Notes under the pieces: generated by a model
What the model was told of the DNA's origin: nothing
The model's database searches: none
The model's input: the letters and a program-made list of their open reading frames with translations, nothing else
Position numbers and translations under genes: made by a program
NCBI GenBank assembly: GCA_964623085.1
Contig: CAZUTO010000007.1
Location: 4,752 to 68,751 of the forward strand
Direction of reading: 5' to 3'
Source: an uncultured Porticoccaceae bacterium
GTDB taxonomy: Bacteria; Pseudomonadota; Gammaproteobacteria; Pseudomonadales; GM7GCV1
DNA length: 64,000 nucleotides
In this document: in pieces, positions 1 to 9,488 of the stretch
Layout: every line of letters begins with the position of its first letter
Position numbering within the stretch: position 1 is the first letter of the stretch

Positions 1-837
1 ATTATTTTCCAGTACGCCCATTAAAATTGTTGAATTACGTTCTGCACTGAGTGTCTCTGCTAGGCCAGATAAGTACTGCGAGAAACTGAGTCCGCCAAAG
101 CCGCACCCTGGCTGCAGATAGTCGCGGCCGATACGTGGGTCCATCGCCATAGCATCGCGTATGACTTCGATATCCGCATTGAGGTTATCCGCCAAGTTGG
201 CTAATTCATTGATATAACTTAGACGCAAAGCAAGCATGCCGGTAACAGCAAATTTACTAAACTCTGCTTCGGTCCGAGTCATGGTTGTAATCTGGCCGTT
301 GCCGTTTTGTAGGAAAGGTCTAAATAAACCGCGTAAAATGCCAACTGCCCATACGTTTTCGCAACCGATAATAAGATTGTTTGGCGATTCAAAGGTGTCT
401 ATGCCGCGGCCTTGTGGGAGGTTCTCTGGCACATAACTAACAACTTGGTTCGCGCTTTCATCGAGCTTTTTTTGTAGCTCGTCACAAGCGCCGATACCGA
501 AGTTACTCTGGGTGATTAGCAGTATTGCGCCAGAGTGAATATCTGCGAGTTTCTCGGCGAGTGCTTCGGCTTTGTGTTTCCCGTTAGGACGATAGGCCAG
601 AAGATGAAGCTTTTCTTGCATAGCTTCTTTCTTGTTGGATAGCGAGATTCTGCCCGCGACAATCTGTTCATCGAGTATGCGTTTCAATCCTGGCTCGGTA
701 TCGAGAGATTGTTGGGAGAGAGACTCGAGGCCGCGCTCAGGGTTGTCGATTACCAATCGCACATTGTTTCCGGCACGCGCAAAGCATGCAGCAGCTACAA
801 GACCACAAATTTCAGAACCCCAAATACTCATTCTCAT
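1..837 (-). CDS. UDP-glucose/GDP-mannose dehydrogenase-family protein. Only the 5' part is present (279 codons, running off the left edge). Cofactor and catalytic motifs look degenerate.
   Basis: Absent from the ORF track because there is no stop in the window. My translation of the reverse strand from ATG 837-835 stays open to position 1: MRMSIWGSEICGLVAAACFARAGNNV..TEPGLKRIL..SYVPENLPQGRGIDTF..AEFSKFAVTGMLALRLSYINELANL..DPRIGRDYLQPGCGFGGLSFSQY.. Family-typical blocks are present (EPGL, PExL..G, AE..K, INE, D.RIG, PG.GFGG). The ATG overlaps the pgi TGA (ATGA at 834-837). Confidence 0.7.
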   Translation of the reverse strand, partial: MRMSIWGSEICGLVAAACFARAGNNVRLVIDNPERGLESLSQQSLDTEPGLKRILDEQIVAGRISLSNKKEAMQEKLHLLAYRPNGKHKAEALAEKLADIHSGAILLITQSNFGIGACDELQKKLDESANQVVSYVPENLPQGRGIDTFESPNNLIIGCENVWAVGILRGLFRPFLQNGNGQITTMTRTEAEFSKFAVTGMLALRLSYINELANLADNLNADIEVIRDAMAMDPRIGRDYLQPGCGFGGLSFSQYLSGLAETLSAERNSTILMGVLENN

Positions 838-2483
838 GCTGAGGTACTCTCTATATTTTTTCTTAACCGCGCAATTTCTTCAATCAGCCCTTGCGTTGAT
901 GCATCCATTTTTGAGTCATCGTCTTCGTTTACTAATGGCTGCATGAGTTCCGTTGCGACTTGCTTGCCAAGTTCCACGCCCCATTGATCAAAAGGATTGA
1001 TATTCCATATGGCTGATAGGGCAAAGACTTTGTGCTCGTATAGAGCGATAAGCTGGCCAAAGGAAAAAGGATTGAGGTCATCGAGAAGTATAGTCGTACA
1101 AGGCTGATTACCTTGGTAGCGTTTATGAGTCGGTGCGTTATCGACATCCTCTAGAACGGTATCGCCAAGCGCAAGGATGCGAGACTGAGCCAAAAAGTTT
1201 GCCAAGGTGAGATTGTGTTGCTGCCTAAATTCTTCGCTTTCGATCAAGCCGCGGCGCTGTGCTGATGCGACAAAATCACACATGACGACCTCGGTTCCTT
1301 GATGCAGTAGCTGGTAGAACGCATGTTGAGCATTCGGGCCGACCTCTCCCCAGAGTACTGGACAGGTATGGTAAGGCGTCACTTCGCCATCACGGGTGGC
1401 AGACTTGCCGTTGCTTTCCATTTCTAGTTGTTCGAGATATGAAGGTAGGTAGCTTAACCTGCCGTCATAGGGGAGCACGGCGTGAGCGTGAATATTTAGG
1501 AAATTTACATTCCAGATGTCCGCCAATGCCAGCAAGACAGGAAGATTTTCGTTAAGTGGGGCAGAGCGGAAATGCTCATCCATCTGGTGCGCACCGGCAA
1601 GCATTTCTCGAAACGCGCTTTTGCCAATACGCAATGCAGATGAAAGCCCAATGCTGGACCACATCGAGTACCGGCCGCCGACCCAATCCCAAATCTGTAA
1701 TTGGTGGTTGGTCGAAATGCCCCACTCGGACATTTTTTCGGGCTTACAAGACACACCGATAAAGTGCTGTCTTTTGATAATCTCGCTGCTAGTGTTACTC
1801 GCACTGATTAACCATTCAAGTGCGGTATCGGCATTCGCCAGCGTATCAATGGTTGAAAATGACTTAGAGCAAATAATAAATAATGTTGTTTGTGGGTCGA
1901 GATCATCAAGAAGGGTCGCGAGCTGGCTGCCGTCGATGGTTGAAACAAATTCAACACTCACACCTTCTGCTTCGGGCGGCTCAAATTGATCTAATGCATG
2001 GCAGGCCATTAAAGGGCCTAGGTCTGAGCCACCTACACCGATGTTGACGACTGTATTTACAGGACGGCCTGAGTAGCCGCGCCATTGGCCGCTGTGTATC
2101 CGATCAACGATGGCTTCCATTTTTTGGAGGTTTTCCTGCACATCGCTAGAAACGTTTTGACCATCTATTTTAAATTCGGATGTTTCTGGCATGCGCAAAG
2201 CGGTGTGCAGTGCAGGTCGATCCTCAGAATGATTGACGTGCTTACCGGAGAACATTTGCTCTATCCAGCCCGGCAATTCTGCAGCCTCAGCTAGTTCTAT
2301 TAGCAATTCCATCGTTTCGGGTATTAGCCGTTGCTTTGATAAATCTAGAAAAACCTGAGCGTCTCGATAACTCAGTTCTTGAAAGCGATTGTCATGAAGC
2401 TCAAAAAGCTCACTTAAGTGCGCTTTGGCCATTAATTCCGAGTGTTTTTCGAGCTTTTTCCAAGCGTCAGATTCGTTGATCAT
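834..2483 (-). CDS. pgi: glucose-6-phosphate isomerase
   Basis: 549-aa ORF with a full-length PGI-family look (GGRYSMWSSIGL and EQLEMESNGK blocks). Its stop overlaps the start of the next gene. Confidence 0.95.
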   Translation of the reverse strand: MINESDAWKKLEKHSELMAKAHLSELFELHDNRFQELSYRDAQVFLDLSKQRLIPETMELLIELAEAAELPGWIEQMFSGKHVNHSEDRPALHTALRMPETSEFKIDGQNVSSDVQENLQKMEAIVDRIHSGQWRGYSGRPVNTVVNIGVGGSDLGPLMACHALDQFEPPEAEGVSVEFVSTIDGSQLATLLDDLDPQTTLFIICSKSFSTIDTLANADTALEWLISASNTSSEIIKRQHFIGVSCKPEKMSEWGISTNHQLQIWDWVGGRYSMWSSIGLSSALRIGKSAFREMLAGAHQMDEHFRSAPLNENLPVLLALADIWNVNFLNIHAHAVLPYDGRLSYLPSYLEQLEMESNGKSATRDGEVTPYHTCPVLWGEVGPNAQHAFYQLLHQGTEVVMCDFVASAQRRGLIESEEFRQQHNLTLANFLAQSRILALGDTVLEDVDNAPTHKRYQGNQPCTTILLDDLNPFSFGQLIALYEHKVFALSAIWNINPFDQWGVELGKQVATELMQPLVNEDDDSKMDASTQGLIEEIARLRKNIESTSA

Positions 2484-2498
2484 GGAACAGTTAAACTC

Positions 2499-3389
2499 TT
2501 ATTTTACTAAGCTGCGAATGTGTTCGTTTAATGCATCGCCAAAGTCTGGATGGCGCAATCCGGCGGCAATGTTGGCTTTTACATAGCCGAATTTGTTCCC
2601 GCAATCATGTGTTTCCGCACTCATCACGTAAGCATCGACTTGGCTTTGATTGAGTAACGTCACTATGGCGTCGGTGAGTTGAATCTCGTTCCCCGCGCCC
2701 GGCTGTGTTGCTGCAAGGATCTCCATAATGTTTGCCGGCAGCACATAGCGCCCCACGACAGCCAGATTAGATGGCGCTTCGTCGCGAGCAGGCTTTTCTA
2801 TCATGCCGACAATCTTTGCAGTTTCGCCTGCATTGATTTCGGCACCTTCACAATCGACGACACCATAGGCTTCGACACGCTCTTCAGGAACGGCTTCTAC
2901 CATGATCTGCGAGGCTTGGCTGTCGTTGTAGTTGGAAACCATACGAGCAAGATCGTTACCAAAATCAGGATGGTCTAGTAGTAATACGTCGGGCAACAGC
3001 ACGGCGAAAGGGGCGTTGGCAATGTTGTTTTTTGCGCAAAGCACGGCATGCCCTAATCCTTTGGCGCTAGGCTGCCTAACCGAAGTGATAGTTACCGAGG
3101 GCGGCACAATATCGCGAACACTGTCGAGGATCGCTGTTTTACCCTTTTTTTCGAGTTGGTGTTCTAATTCAAAGTTGGCATCAAAGTGATTTTCAATGGA
3201 TTCTTTTCCTGCGCGGGTAACAAGAACGATTTCTTCAATACCTGCCGCAACCGCTTCTTCGATGACATATTGAATAACAGGCTTGTCGGCCACCGGCATC
3301 ATTTCTTTGGGGATGGCTTTGCTTGCGGGCAATACTCTTGTTCCTAGCCCAGCGACAGGAATAATGGCTGTTTTTACTTGGTTGGACAT
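2499..3389 (-). CDS. galU: UTP--glucose-1-phosphate uridylyltransferase
   Basis: 296 aa. The N-terminal AIIPVAGLGTRVLPASKAIPKEM motif is typical of GalU. The gene lies 15 bp upstream of pgi. Confidence 0.93.
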   Translation of the reverse strand: MSNQVKTAIIPVAGLGTRVLPASKAIPKEMMPVADKPVIQYVIEEAVAAGIEEIVLVTRAGKESIENHFDANFELEHQLEKKGKTAILDSVRDIVPPSVTITSVRQPSAKGLGHAVLCAKNNIANAPFAVLLPDVLLLDHPDFGNDLARMVSNYNDSQASQIMVEAVPEERVEAYGVVDCEGAEINAGETAKIVGMIEKPARDEAPSNLAVVGRYVLPANIMEILAATQPGAGNEIQLTDAIVTLLNQSQVDAYVMSAETHDCGNKFGYVKANIAAGLRHPDFGDALNEHIRSLVK

Positions 3390-3424
3390 TTCAACAGGTT
3401 TCCTTGTTTCGCTACTGTTTTAAT

Positions 3425-4765
3425 CTAGCTCTGTATTAGTGTTTTTAGTTCTTCAGTCGCTTCGGCCAAAAGTTCGCTGTCCCCTATAGTCTCAATATTG
3501 AGCCTAAGTAATGGTTCAGTATTCGATGCGCGTAGATTAAAACGCCAGTTGCCAAAATTCATGCTAATGCCGTCGGTTTTGTCGACTTCTTCAGCTTTTG
3601 GTTCGTATGTTTTCAAAATACGAGCGATGACCTTCTTGGCGTCATCTACCCGAAAATTGATTTCGCCACTGCAAGGGTACGCGGACATTCTTTCGTCTAC
3701 TAATGCCTTCATGGTTTGGCCGGACACGGACATCAGTTCAGTGATAAGCAGCCAAGGAATCATGCCGCTATCGCAGTACGAGAATTCACGAAAGTAATGA
3801 TGAGCGCTCATTTCGCCGCCGTAGATGGCATCTTGTTCGCGCATTATCTCTTTAATGAATGCGTGACCACACTTGGACATTACTGGTTTGCCGCCGGCTT
3901 GATTGGTTTGTTCAACAGTATTCCAAACAAGTCGTGGGTCGTGAATGATTTTTCCACCAGGGTTCTTAGCGAGAATCGTTTCTGCCAAAAGTCCTACCAA
4001 ATAGTAGCCTTCGATAAATCGACCATCTGCGTCGAAAAAGAAACAGCGGTCAAAATCACCATCCCAAGCTAGTCCCAAATCAGCTCCATGTGCCGTTACG
4101 GCCTCAGCAGTCGCTTTTTGGTTTTCTAACAACAGTGGATTGGGCACGCCATTTGGAAAATCTCCATTTGGCTCTTCATTGATGTAGATAAACTCAAAAG
4201 GCAGATGCGGCGCTATTTCTTTTAGTGCAATACCTGCGCCGCCATTGCCTGGATCGACAACAATTTTCATCGGTTTCAAATTGTTGAGATTGATATAGCT
4301 GAGCAAGTGTTCGATATAAGCTTGCTTATCTGGTGAGTTGGTCACCGTGCCAACTGTGTTTGATTCGGGGAAGTTTCCGCTTTCAACCAAGGCTTTAATG
4401 TCTTGAAGGCCAGTATCATCGCTGATCGGCTTTGCCTCCGGGCCGACGAGTTTCATCCCGTTGTGCCCCTTGGGGTTGTGGCTTGCAGTGACCATGATGC
4501 CGCCGTCTAACTTGTGATGGAAAGTCGCAAAGTAGACTTCTTCTGTGCCACAGAGCCCAATGTTAAAGACGTCAGTCCCGCTTTCTGTTAGTCCGCGCGA
4601 AAGAGCTTCGGTGATAGCGATACTCTCGTTACGAATATCGTAGCCCACAGCGACTGTTCCCGGTTGGTATAGCGCTGCATAGGCTCTGCCGATTTTATAG
4701 GCGATATCTTCGTTTAAATCTTCAGGGACTTTTCCACGAAGATCGTAGGCTTTGAATAGGCTCAT
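3425..4765 (-). CDS. manB: phosphomannomutase/phosphoglucomutase (ManB/CpsG type)
   Basis: 446 aa. It has an FKAYDLRGK start, the TASHNPKGHNGMK phosphoserine loop and a GTEEVYFATFH block. It is the first gene of the sugar-nucleotide string. Confidence 0.88.
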   Translation of the reverse strand: MSLFKAYDLRGKVPEDLNEDIAYKIGRAYAALYQPGTVAVGYDIRNESIAITEALSRGLTESGTDVFNIGLCGTEEVYFATFHHKLDGGIMVTASHNPKGHNGMKLVGPEAKPISDDTGLQDIKALVESGNFPESNTVGTVTNSPDKQAYIEHLLSYINLNNLKPMKIVVDPGNGGAGIALKEIAPHLPFEFIYINEEPNGDFPNGVPNPLLLENQKATAEAVTAHGADLGLAWDGDFDRCFFFDADGRFIEGYYLVGLLAETILAKNPGGKIIHDPRLVWNTVEQTNQAGGKPVMSKCGHAFIKEIMREQDAIYGGEMSAHHYFREFSYCDSGMIPWLLITELMSVSGQTMKALVDERMSAYPCSGEINFRVDDAKKVIARILKTYEPKAEEVDKTDGISMNFGNWRFNLRASNTEPLLRLNIETIGDSELLAEATEELKTLIQS

Positions 4766-5023
4766 TCTTGTGCTCTGAATAGGACAAATTACAGTCTAGT
4801 ATTATAAACAGGTTGAGGGCTGGAAAGCGGATGTAAGTCTCGAATTTTATTGCTGGAATGCTTGATTTGAGTGGTCTCCAGCAATTCTCTAACTATGAGA
4901 GCCTGGTTGCTACTCGTTGGCATAGTCGGTTAGTTCTTGGTGGGATGTTTCGTTGGCCATGTTTTGCAGGATTAACTAGGTCAAAACATCCTTTAATTAA
5001 CATGCTGCTTGCGCAGCTAGCGA

Positions 5024-5050
5024 ATAAAAATCCGCGGGAGGCGGATTTTG
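5024..5050 (-). terminator. rho-independent terminator downstream of tRNA-Ser
   Basis: A 9-10 bp stem (aaaatccgc / gcggatttt, loop gggag) is followed on the minus strand by TTTTTATT. It sits 6 nt after the tRNA CCA end. Confidence 0.7.
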
Positions 5051-5055
5051 TTGTA

Positions 5056-5143
5056 TGGCGGTGGGGCAGGGATTCGAACCCTGGGTACCTCTCGATACGC
5101 TGGTTTTCAAGACCAGTGCTTTCGACCACTCAGCCACCCCACC
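5056..5143 (-). tRNA. serT: tRNA-Ser (anticodon UGA), class II with a long variable arm and encoded CCA
   Basis: The reverse complement folds by hand into a cloverleaf: acceptor GGTGGGG/CCCCACC, anticodon stem CTGGT/ACCAG with loop CTTGAAA, variable arm GTATC-GAGA-GGTAC, T arm CAGGG-TTCGAAT-CCCTG, then GCCA. Confidence 0.93.
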
Positions 5144-5186
5144 AACATGTTTTGCGGGAAATAATCCCAGTAAAAACGTGACGGCA

Positions 5187-5214
5187 ATTATAGCGGCGGG
5201 TTTTGAGGCCGCAA
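5187..5214 (-). promoter_or_regulatory. candidate sigma70 promoter for tRNA-Ser
   Basis: The minus strand reads TTGCGG, a 16-nt spacer, then TATAAT (perfect -10). The -10 lies about 44 nt upstream of the mature tRNA 5' end. Confidence 0.45.
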
Positions 5215-5233
5215 CTCTAATTGCCTTTTCAAA

Positions 5234-7978
5234 CTAAACTGTTTGAGATTCGTCTGTTTTCTCAGTTGCTGCGGTCTCTGCGGCTAACCTATTTCTAGGA
5301 TCATTGGCTGGTCTGCTGAGATCCCGCGGTGTGATTGTTACATCACTTGCCCTGTCGGTATTCAGTGGTTGAGAGACATTAACTTCTGCTTTGACAGAGC
5401 GCACTTCTGCAGTGACTTGTTTTGCCGAAATACGTGGATCATTAACTGGCCGTGTGTAGGATTCCGGTTTACTAGGAGCAGTTGTGCTTGCCAAGTCCGT
5501 CTCCGAATTCTTCGATGTCGCCGGCAGTTCGCGAGGTTCTTGTTTCCGTGTGGTGACAGGTTCATTCGCAAGCTTCGCTACTTCCTTTTCCACCTTACTT
5601 GCAGGTTGCTTGGGCTCTGGCGCTTCAGCGACGGATGGTTTGGTCTGTGACATTTCAGCTTTTAGCGTTTCTGCTTGTGGTGCCTCAGATGAAGCCTGCT
5701 TAGCCGCTGGTACTTCTGCCACTTCAGCCATGGGTTGATTAGCTTTTGTCGCATCGGAAGCCATGGGTTGTTTCACTGCTTCTGGTTCAGACTGACTATT
5801 TTCAACAGGTCTCTGCTGAGATGACTCATCATTTTTTATTATAGCCGCAGGTGCTAGTGGCGCTGCTGTTTGCAGGACGTCCTTTCGTTGACGCTGGCGT
5901 TTAGGACGATTGTCATCTCTGCCACGGCGTTTTGCTTTTGACGACTGATTGCCTGAGGAGTCTTGTTGCTCTTTCGAATTAGCCGATTTAGCCGGCTTTC
6001 GGTTTTGATTATCTTTAGCTGTTTGAGCGTCTCTATTACCGTCTTTCTTCTCGCTGTCACGAGCTTCTTTTTGGCGTCCAGATTCATTCCGGTTACGGTT
6101 TCGATTGCGGTTTCGATTGCGGTTTCGATTACGGTTTTGGCTTTGGCCGTCTTTAGATTGCCTATTTTGAGGGCGTTTTCGATCTTGTTGTTGCTCTGGC
6201 TTCTTCTCTGGCTCAGCGCTTCCTTTTTGGCTAATAAATAATGCCGCGATCGCCGTGATGATGGCCGCTATTTTTGCATATAGACCAATCTTCGATTTGC
6301 TTGTATCGCTATTGGCATTTTTACTTTCGAGAGAAGTCACCTGTTGGGTGCGATCTCGTTTTGGTGCTGGTTGCGACGGTGCAATAGATTGCACTGCAGC
6401 CTGTGCAGTTTCTTGCAATGGTGTTGTAAGAACTGGATTGATGTCTGGCGCGATCAGTTCTTCTGGATCATTTACAGAGTAGCTGGCGACGACTTTTTCA
6501 CCATCTTGCAGCCGCACTCTGCGGATATTGAAGTGCGGTGTTTGGAGGTCCGGTCTGGGAATGACCAAAATACGCACATTACCTTGGCGTTTTTCTAAGT
6601 CGTATATGTCTTCACGCTTTTCATTTAGCAAGAACGCTGAAATATCCACCGGCACGAAGGCATGGACTTCTTTCGTCGATTCTTTCTGTGCTTCTTCTTC
6701 AACCAACCGCAAAATAGATAGGGCTAGTGAACGAATGCTTCGGATAGTGCCTTGCCCCGAGCAACGTGGACAAGGTTCAAAGATAGTCTCTTCAAGCGAT
6801 GGCCGCAGTCTTTGACGCGACATCTCAAGTAATCCGAATTTAGATATTCTCGCAACTTGTACGCGAGCACGATCAATAGATAGTGCTTTACGCATACGCT
6901 CTTCTACTGCCGCGCGATTTTTTGCGGGTGTCATATCGATAAAGTCTATGACGACCAGCCCGCCTAAATCCCTTACGCGCAATTGGCGAGCAATTTCATC
7001 CGCTGCCTCTAAGTTGGTATTGAGTGCTGTTTCTTCGATATCGCTACCTTTGGTGGCGCGGGCCGAGTTGATATCGATAGAAATCATTGCTTCGGTCATG
7101 TCCATGACTACAGAACCACCGGATGGCAGTCTTACTTCGCGTTGAAAAGCAGTCTCAATTTGCCCTTCTATTTGATAGCGATTAAATAATGGCAGATCGT
7201 CATCGTAGTGTTTGATCTTGCTCTTATAGTCGGGCATAACTTTGTTGATGTATTCCATGGCCAACAGATAGGAGGGGTGGTGGTCAACAATGACCTCTCC
7301 AATATTCGGACGCAGGTAGTCTCGAACAGTTCGGATAATGACGTTGTTCTCTGAGAATAAGAAGTGTGGCGTTTTTGCGTCTGCAGATTCTTTCGTGATA
7401 GAAGCCCATAGGTGGAGCAAATAGTCGAGATCCCATTGTAATTCTTCGGTGTCGCGTCCTATTCCCGCAGTACGGACGATAACGCCCATGCCTTTAGGTA
7501 GTTCGATTGAAGCCATTTCTTCTTTGAGCTGGGTGCGATCTTCGCCTTCGATTTGACGAGAAATTCCGCCTGCTCGAGGGTTGTTTGGCATCAGAACCAT
7601 ATACCGTCCGGCAAGGCTGATAAACGTGGTCAGCGCTGCTCCTTTATTCCCACGTTCTTCCTTCTCAATTTGAACAATGACCTCGGTGCCTTCTTTCAGC
7701 ACCTCGCCAATTTTTGGGCGACCACTACCGCGCTTGCCTTCGATAAAGTACTCGGAGGAAATGTCTTTAAGTGGCAGAAAGCCATGGCGCTCCATGCCGT
7801 AGTCAACGAAGGCTGCCTCGAGACTAGGTTCGACTCGGGTAATTTTGCCTTTATATATGTTAGATAATTTTTGCTCTTTCCCTCGGGCTTCGATATCAAG
7901 GTCGTAGAGTTTTTGGCCATCGACCAGTGCAACACGAATTTCTTCGGCTTGTCTGGCATTAATGAGCATGCGTTTCAT
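5234..7978 (-). CDS. rne: ribonuclease E
   Basis: 914 aa. The N-terminal half is conserved S1/catalytic sequence ([21 protein letters not shown].., CPRCSGQG zinc link). The C-terminal half is long, low-complexity and rich in Arg/Gln/Pro/Asn. Confidence 0.95.
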   Translation of the reverse strand: MKRMLINARQAEEIRVALVDGQKLYDLDIEARGKEQKLSNIYKGKITRVEPSLEAAFVDYGMERHGFLPLKDISSEYFIEGKRGSGRPKIGEVLKEGTEVIVQIEKEERGNKGAALTTFISLAGRYMVLMPNNPRAGGISRQIEGEDRTQLKEEMASIELPKGMGVIVRTAGIGRDTEELQWDLDYLLHLWASITKESADAKTPHFLFSENNVIIRTVRDYLRPNIGEVIVDHHPSYLLAMEYINKVMPDYKSKIKHYDDDLPLFNRYQIEGQIETAFQREVRLPSGGSVVMDMTEAMISIDINSARATKGSDIEETALNTNLEAADEIARQLRVRDLGGLVVIDFIDMTPAKNRAAVEERMRKALSIDRARVQVARISKFGLLEMSRQRLRPSLEETIFEPCPRCSGQGTIRSIRSLALSILRLVEEEAQKESTKEVHAFVPVDISAFLLNEKREDIYDLEKRQGNVRILVIPRPDLQTPHFNIRRVRLQDGEKVVASYSVNDPEELIAPDINPVLTTPLQETAQAAVQSIAPSQPAPKRDRTQQVTSLESKNANSDTSKSKIGLYAKIAAIITAIAALFISQKGSAEPEKKPEQQQDRKRPQNRQSKDGQSQNRNRNRNRNRNRNRNRNESGRQKEARDSEKKDGNRDAQTAKDNQNRKPAKSANSKEQQDSSGNQSSKAKRRGRDDNRPKRQRQRKDVLQTAAPLAPAAIIKNDESSQQRPVENSQSEPEAVKQPMASDATKANQPMAEVAEVPAAKQASSEAPQAETLKAEMSQTKPSVAEAPEPKQPASKVEKEVAKLANEPVTTRKQEPRELPATSKNSETDLASTTAPSKPESYTRPVNDPRISAKQVTAEVRSVKAEVNVSQPLNTDRASDVTITPRDLSRPANDPRNRLAAETAATEKTDESQTV
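6086..6136 (-). repeat. in-frame (AAY-CGN)8 tandem hexanucleotide repeat encoding (Asn-Arg)8-Asn in the RNase E scaffold region
   Basis: The plus strand reads ..cggttacggtttcgattgcggtttcgattgcggtttcgattacggtt.. This corresponds to protein residues 615-631, [17 protein letters not shown]. Confidence 0.9.
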
Positions 7979-8546
7979 ATGATTCTCTCAAGTTTTGGCT
8001 TTGAGAGAGCGCTGAATTGGCTCGAATGAGCACAGATTGATAATGTTGTGCGAGGCTAACGGCACTCGCTTTGCATGCATTTATAGCAGGCAGTATCTAT
8101 TCAACAGCGAATATATCCATCTATCTATATTCTATATTGCGAATATTTTTCGCAACGTTTTGGCTTAAAAGTTAACCGAGTTCTAAAAACAGTAAAGTCA
8201 GTGTGTCTATCGTTCTAAGCAATGTTATTCGCTATTTTATTATCAATTTGTTTTGCAATTTATTCCAACCAATCCATTCGGACTTTTCTTCTTTCTGGTT
8301 AGAATGTGGTATTCAGCACTCTTTCAGAGCGTTGTTTTAGTAAGCGCTCATCTTTTCGAGCACTTCCAGCAAAATTTTATGGACTAGCCACCAACAAAAG
8401 TAACGGGCTTTGAGTCCTCTTTATCAAGCGAAGTGCTGTGCTTTCACAGCCGTCGCCGCGCCACTATAGCAAATGCTTATAACTTGCTCAAACTAAAACA
8501 TTTTTTCTGGTAACTTGCGCGCTATTACAACTTTTGTGGTGTTTAG
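7979..8546 (-). promoter_or_regulatory. divergent rne / rluC control region containing a long structured rne leader
   Basis: 568 bp with no ORF lie between the divergent rne and rluC starts. A perfect hairpin sits at 8137-8155 (ttgcgaa-tattt-ttcgcaa). A second hairpin at 7985-8007 has a 3' arm (uugagag) covering the only SD-like purine run before the rne AUG. Confidence 0.5.
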
Positions 8547-9488
8547 ATGACCTCGGACTCGAAGGTAAAACTGGTAGCGATTGATCGGGACGATGAAGGG
8601 CAGCGTCTCGACAATTTTCTCATGCGTAAGTTAAAAGGTGTGCCTAAGTCCCGAATTTATCGATTGCTCAGAAAAGGGGAGGTGCGGCTTAACAAAAAAC
8701 GCTGTAAGCCAAGTGATCGCTTGTCCGATGGTGATGTGGTACGAATACCGCCCGTTCGTGTGGCGACGGATTCGGAGCCAGCAATACCTAGCCAAAACCT
8801 ACAGTCCTTATTGAAGCAGGCAATCTTATTTGAAGATGATGCGCTGCTTGTATTGAATAAACCGAGTGGGTTGGCGGTTCATGGTGGAAGTGGGCTTTCT
8901 ATCGGATTGATCGAGAGTCTGAGGGCGATGCGGCCGGACAAAGAATACATGGAACTCGTCCATCGTCTTGATCGCGAGACTTCGGGGTGTTTGATGATTG
9001 CCCGGTCTAGAAAAGCCTTAGTTGCTTTGCATGCGGCATTGCGAGAAGGTTCGGTGCACAAAGAATACCTAGCATTGGCTGAGGGTAAATGGCCTGCTAG
9101 CCTGAAGACCGTCGATGCGCCCTTGCGGAAAAACCAGTTTAATTCTGGTGAGCGCATGGTTCGTGTAGAACAGGATGGCAAGCAAGCAATTACGCACTTT
9201 TCTGTCGAGCAACGATTTGATGGCGCAACTTTGGTTAAAGCTGTGCTCGAGACAGGTAGAACCCATCAGATTAGGGTGCATGCTCAGGTTTCTGGGCACC
9301 CGCTTGTTGGTGATGAGAAATATGGTGATCGAGAGCGACGTTCTTACTATAAAAGTAAAGGATTGAAGCGTTTGTTTCTGCATGCGGCATTGCTAGAGTT
9401 TGACCATCCCATTTCTAGAGAACGAATCTCCGTTGAAGCGCCCTTGCCGGAAGAACTGACGAATTTGTTAAATAACTTGGAAAATTGA
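8547..9488 (+). CDS. rluC: 23S rRNA pseudouridine synthase RluC
   Basis: 313 aa with an S4-like N-terminus and the HRLDRETSG catalytic motif. It is divergent from rne, as in E. coli and Pseudomonas. Confidence 0.88.
   Translation: MTSDSKVKLVAIDRDDEGQRLDNFLMRKLKGVPKSRIYRLLRKGEVRLNKKRCKPSDRLSDGDVVRIPPVRVATDSEPAIPSQNLQSLLKQAILFEDDALLVLNKPSGLAVHGGSGLSIGLIESLRAMRPDKEYMELVHRLDRETSGCLMIARSRKALVALHAALREGSVHKEYLALAEGKWPASLKTVDAPLRKNQFNSGERMVRVEQDGKQAITHFSVEQRFDGATLVKAVLETGRTHQIRVHAQVSGHPLVGDEKYGDRERRSYYKSKGLKRLFLHAALLEFDHPISRERISVEAPLPEELTNLLNNLEN

Noticed and set aside
1516-1989. A 157-aa plus-strand ORF inside pgi. There are similar long antisense ORFs at 12908-13315, 13557-13967, 17390-17800, 3716-4072 and elsewhere.
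   Set aside because: Each lies entirely within, and antisense or out of frame to, a gene with an unambiguous family match. Their translations are low-complexity with no recognisable motif. These are shadow ORFs.
4858-5181. A 107-aa plus-strand ORF (and the 78-aa minus-strand ORF at 4893-5129) between manB and rne.
   Set aside because: Both run straight through the tRNA-Ser gene and its terminator, and the region is explained by those RNA features.
6086-6136. The tandem 6-nt/12-nt DNA repeat might be a non-coding microsatellite or a mini-CRISPR.
   Set aside because: It is in frame inside rne, encodes (NR)8N, has no spacers and sits in a typical Arg-rich RNase E segment.
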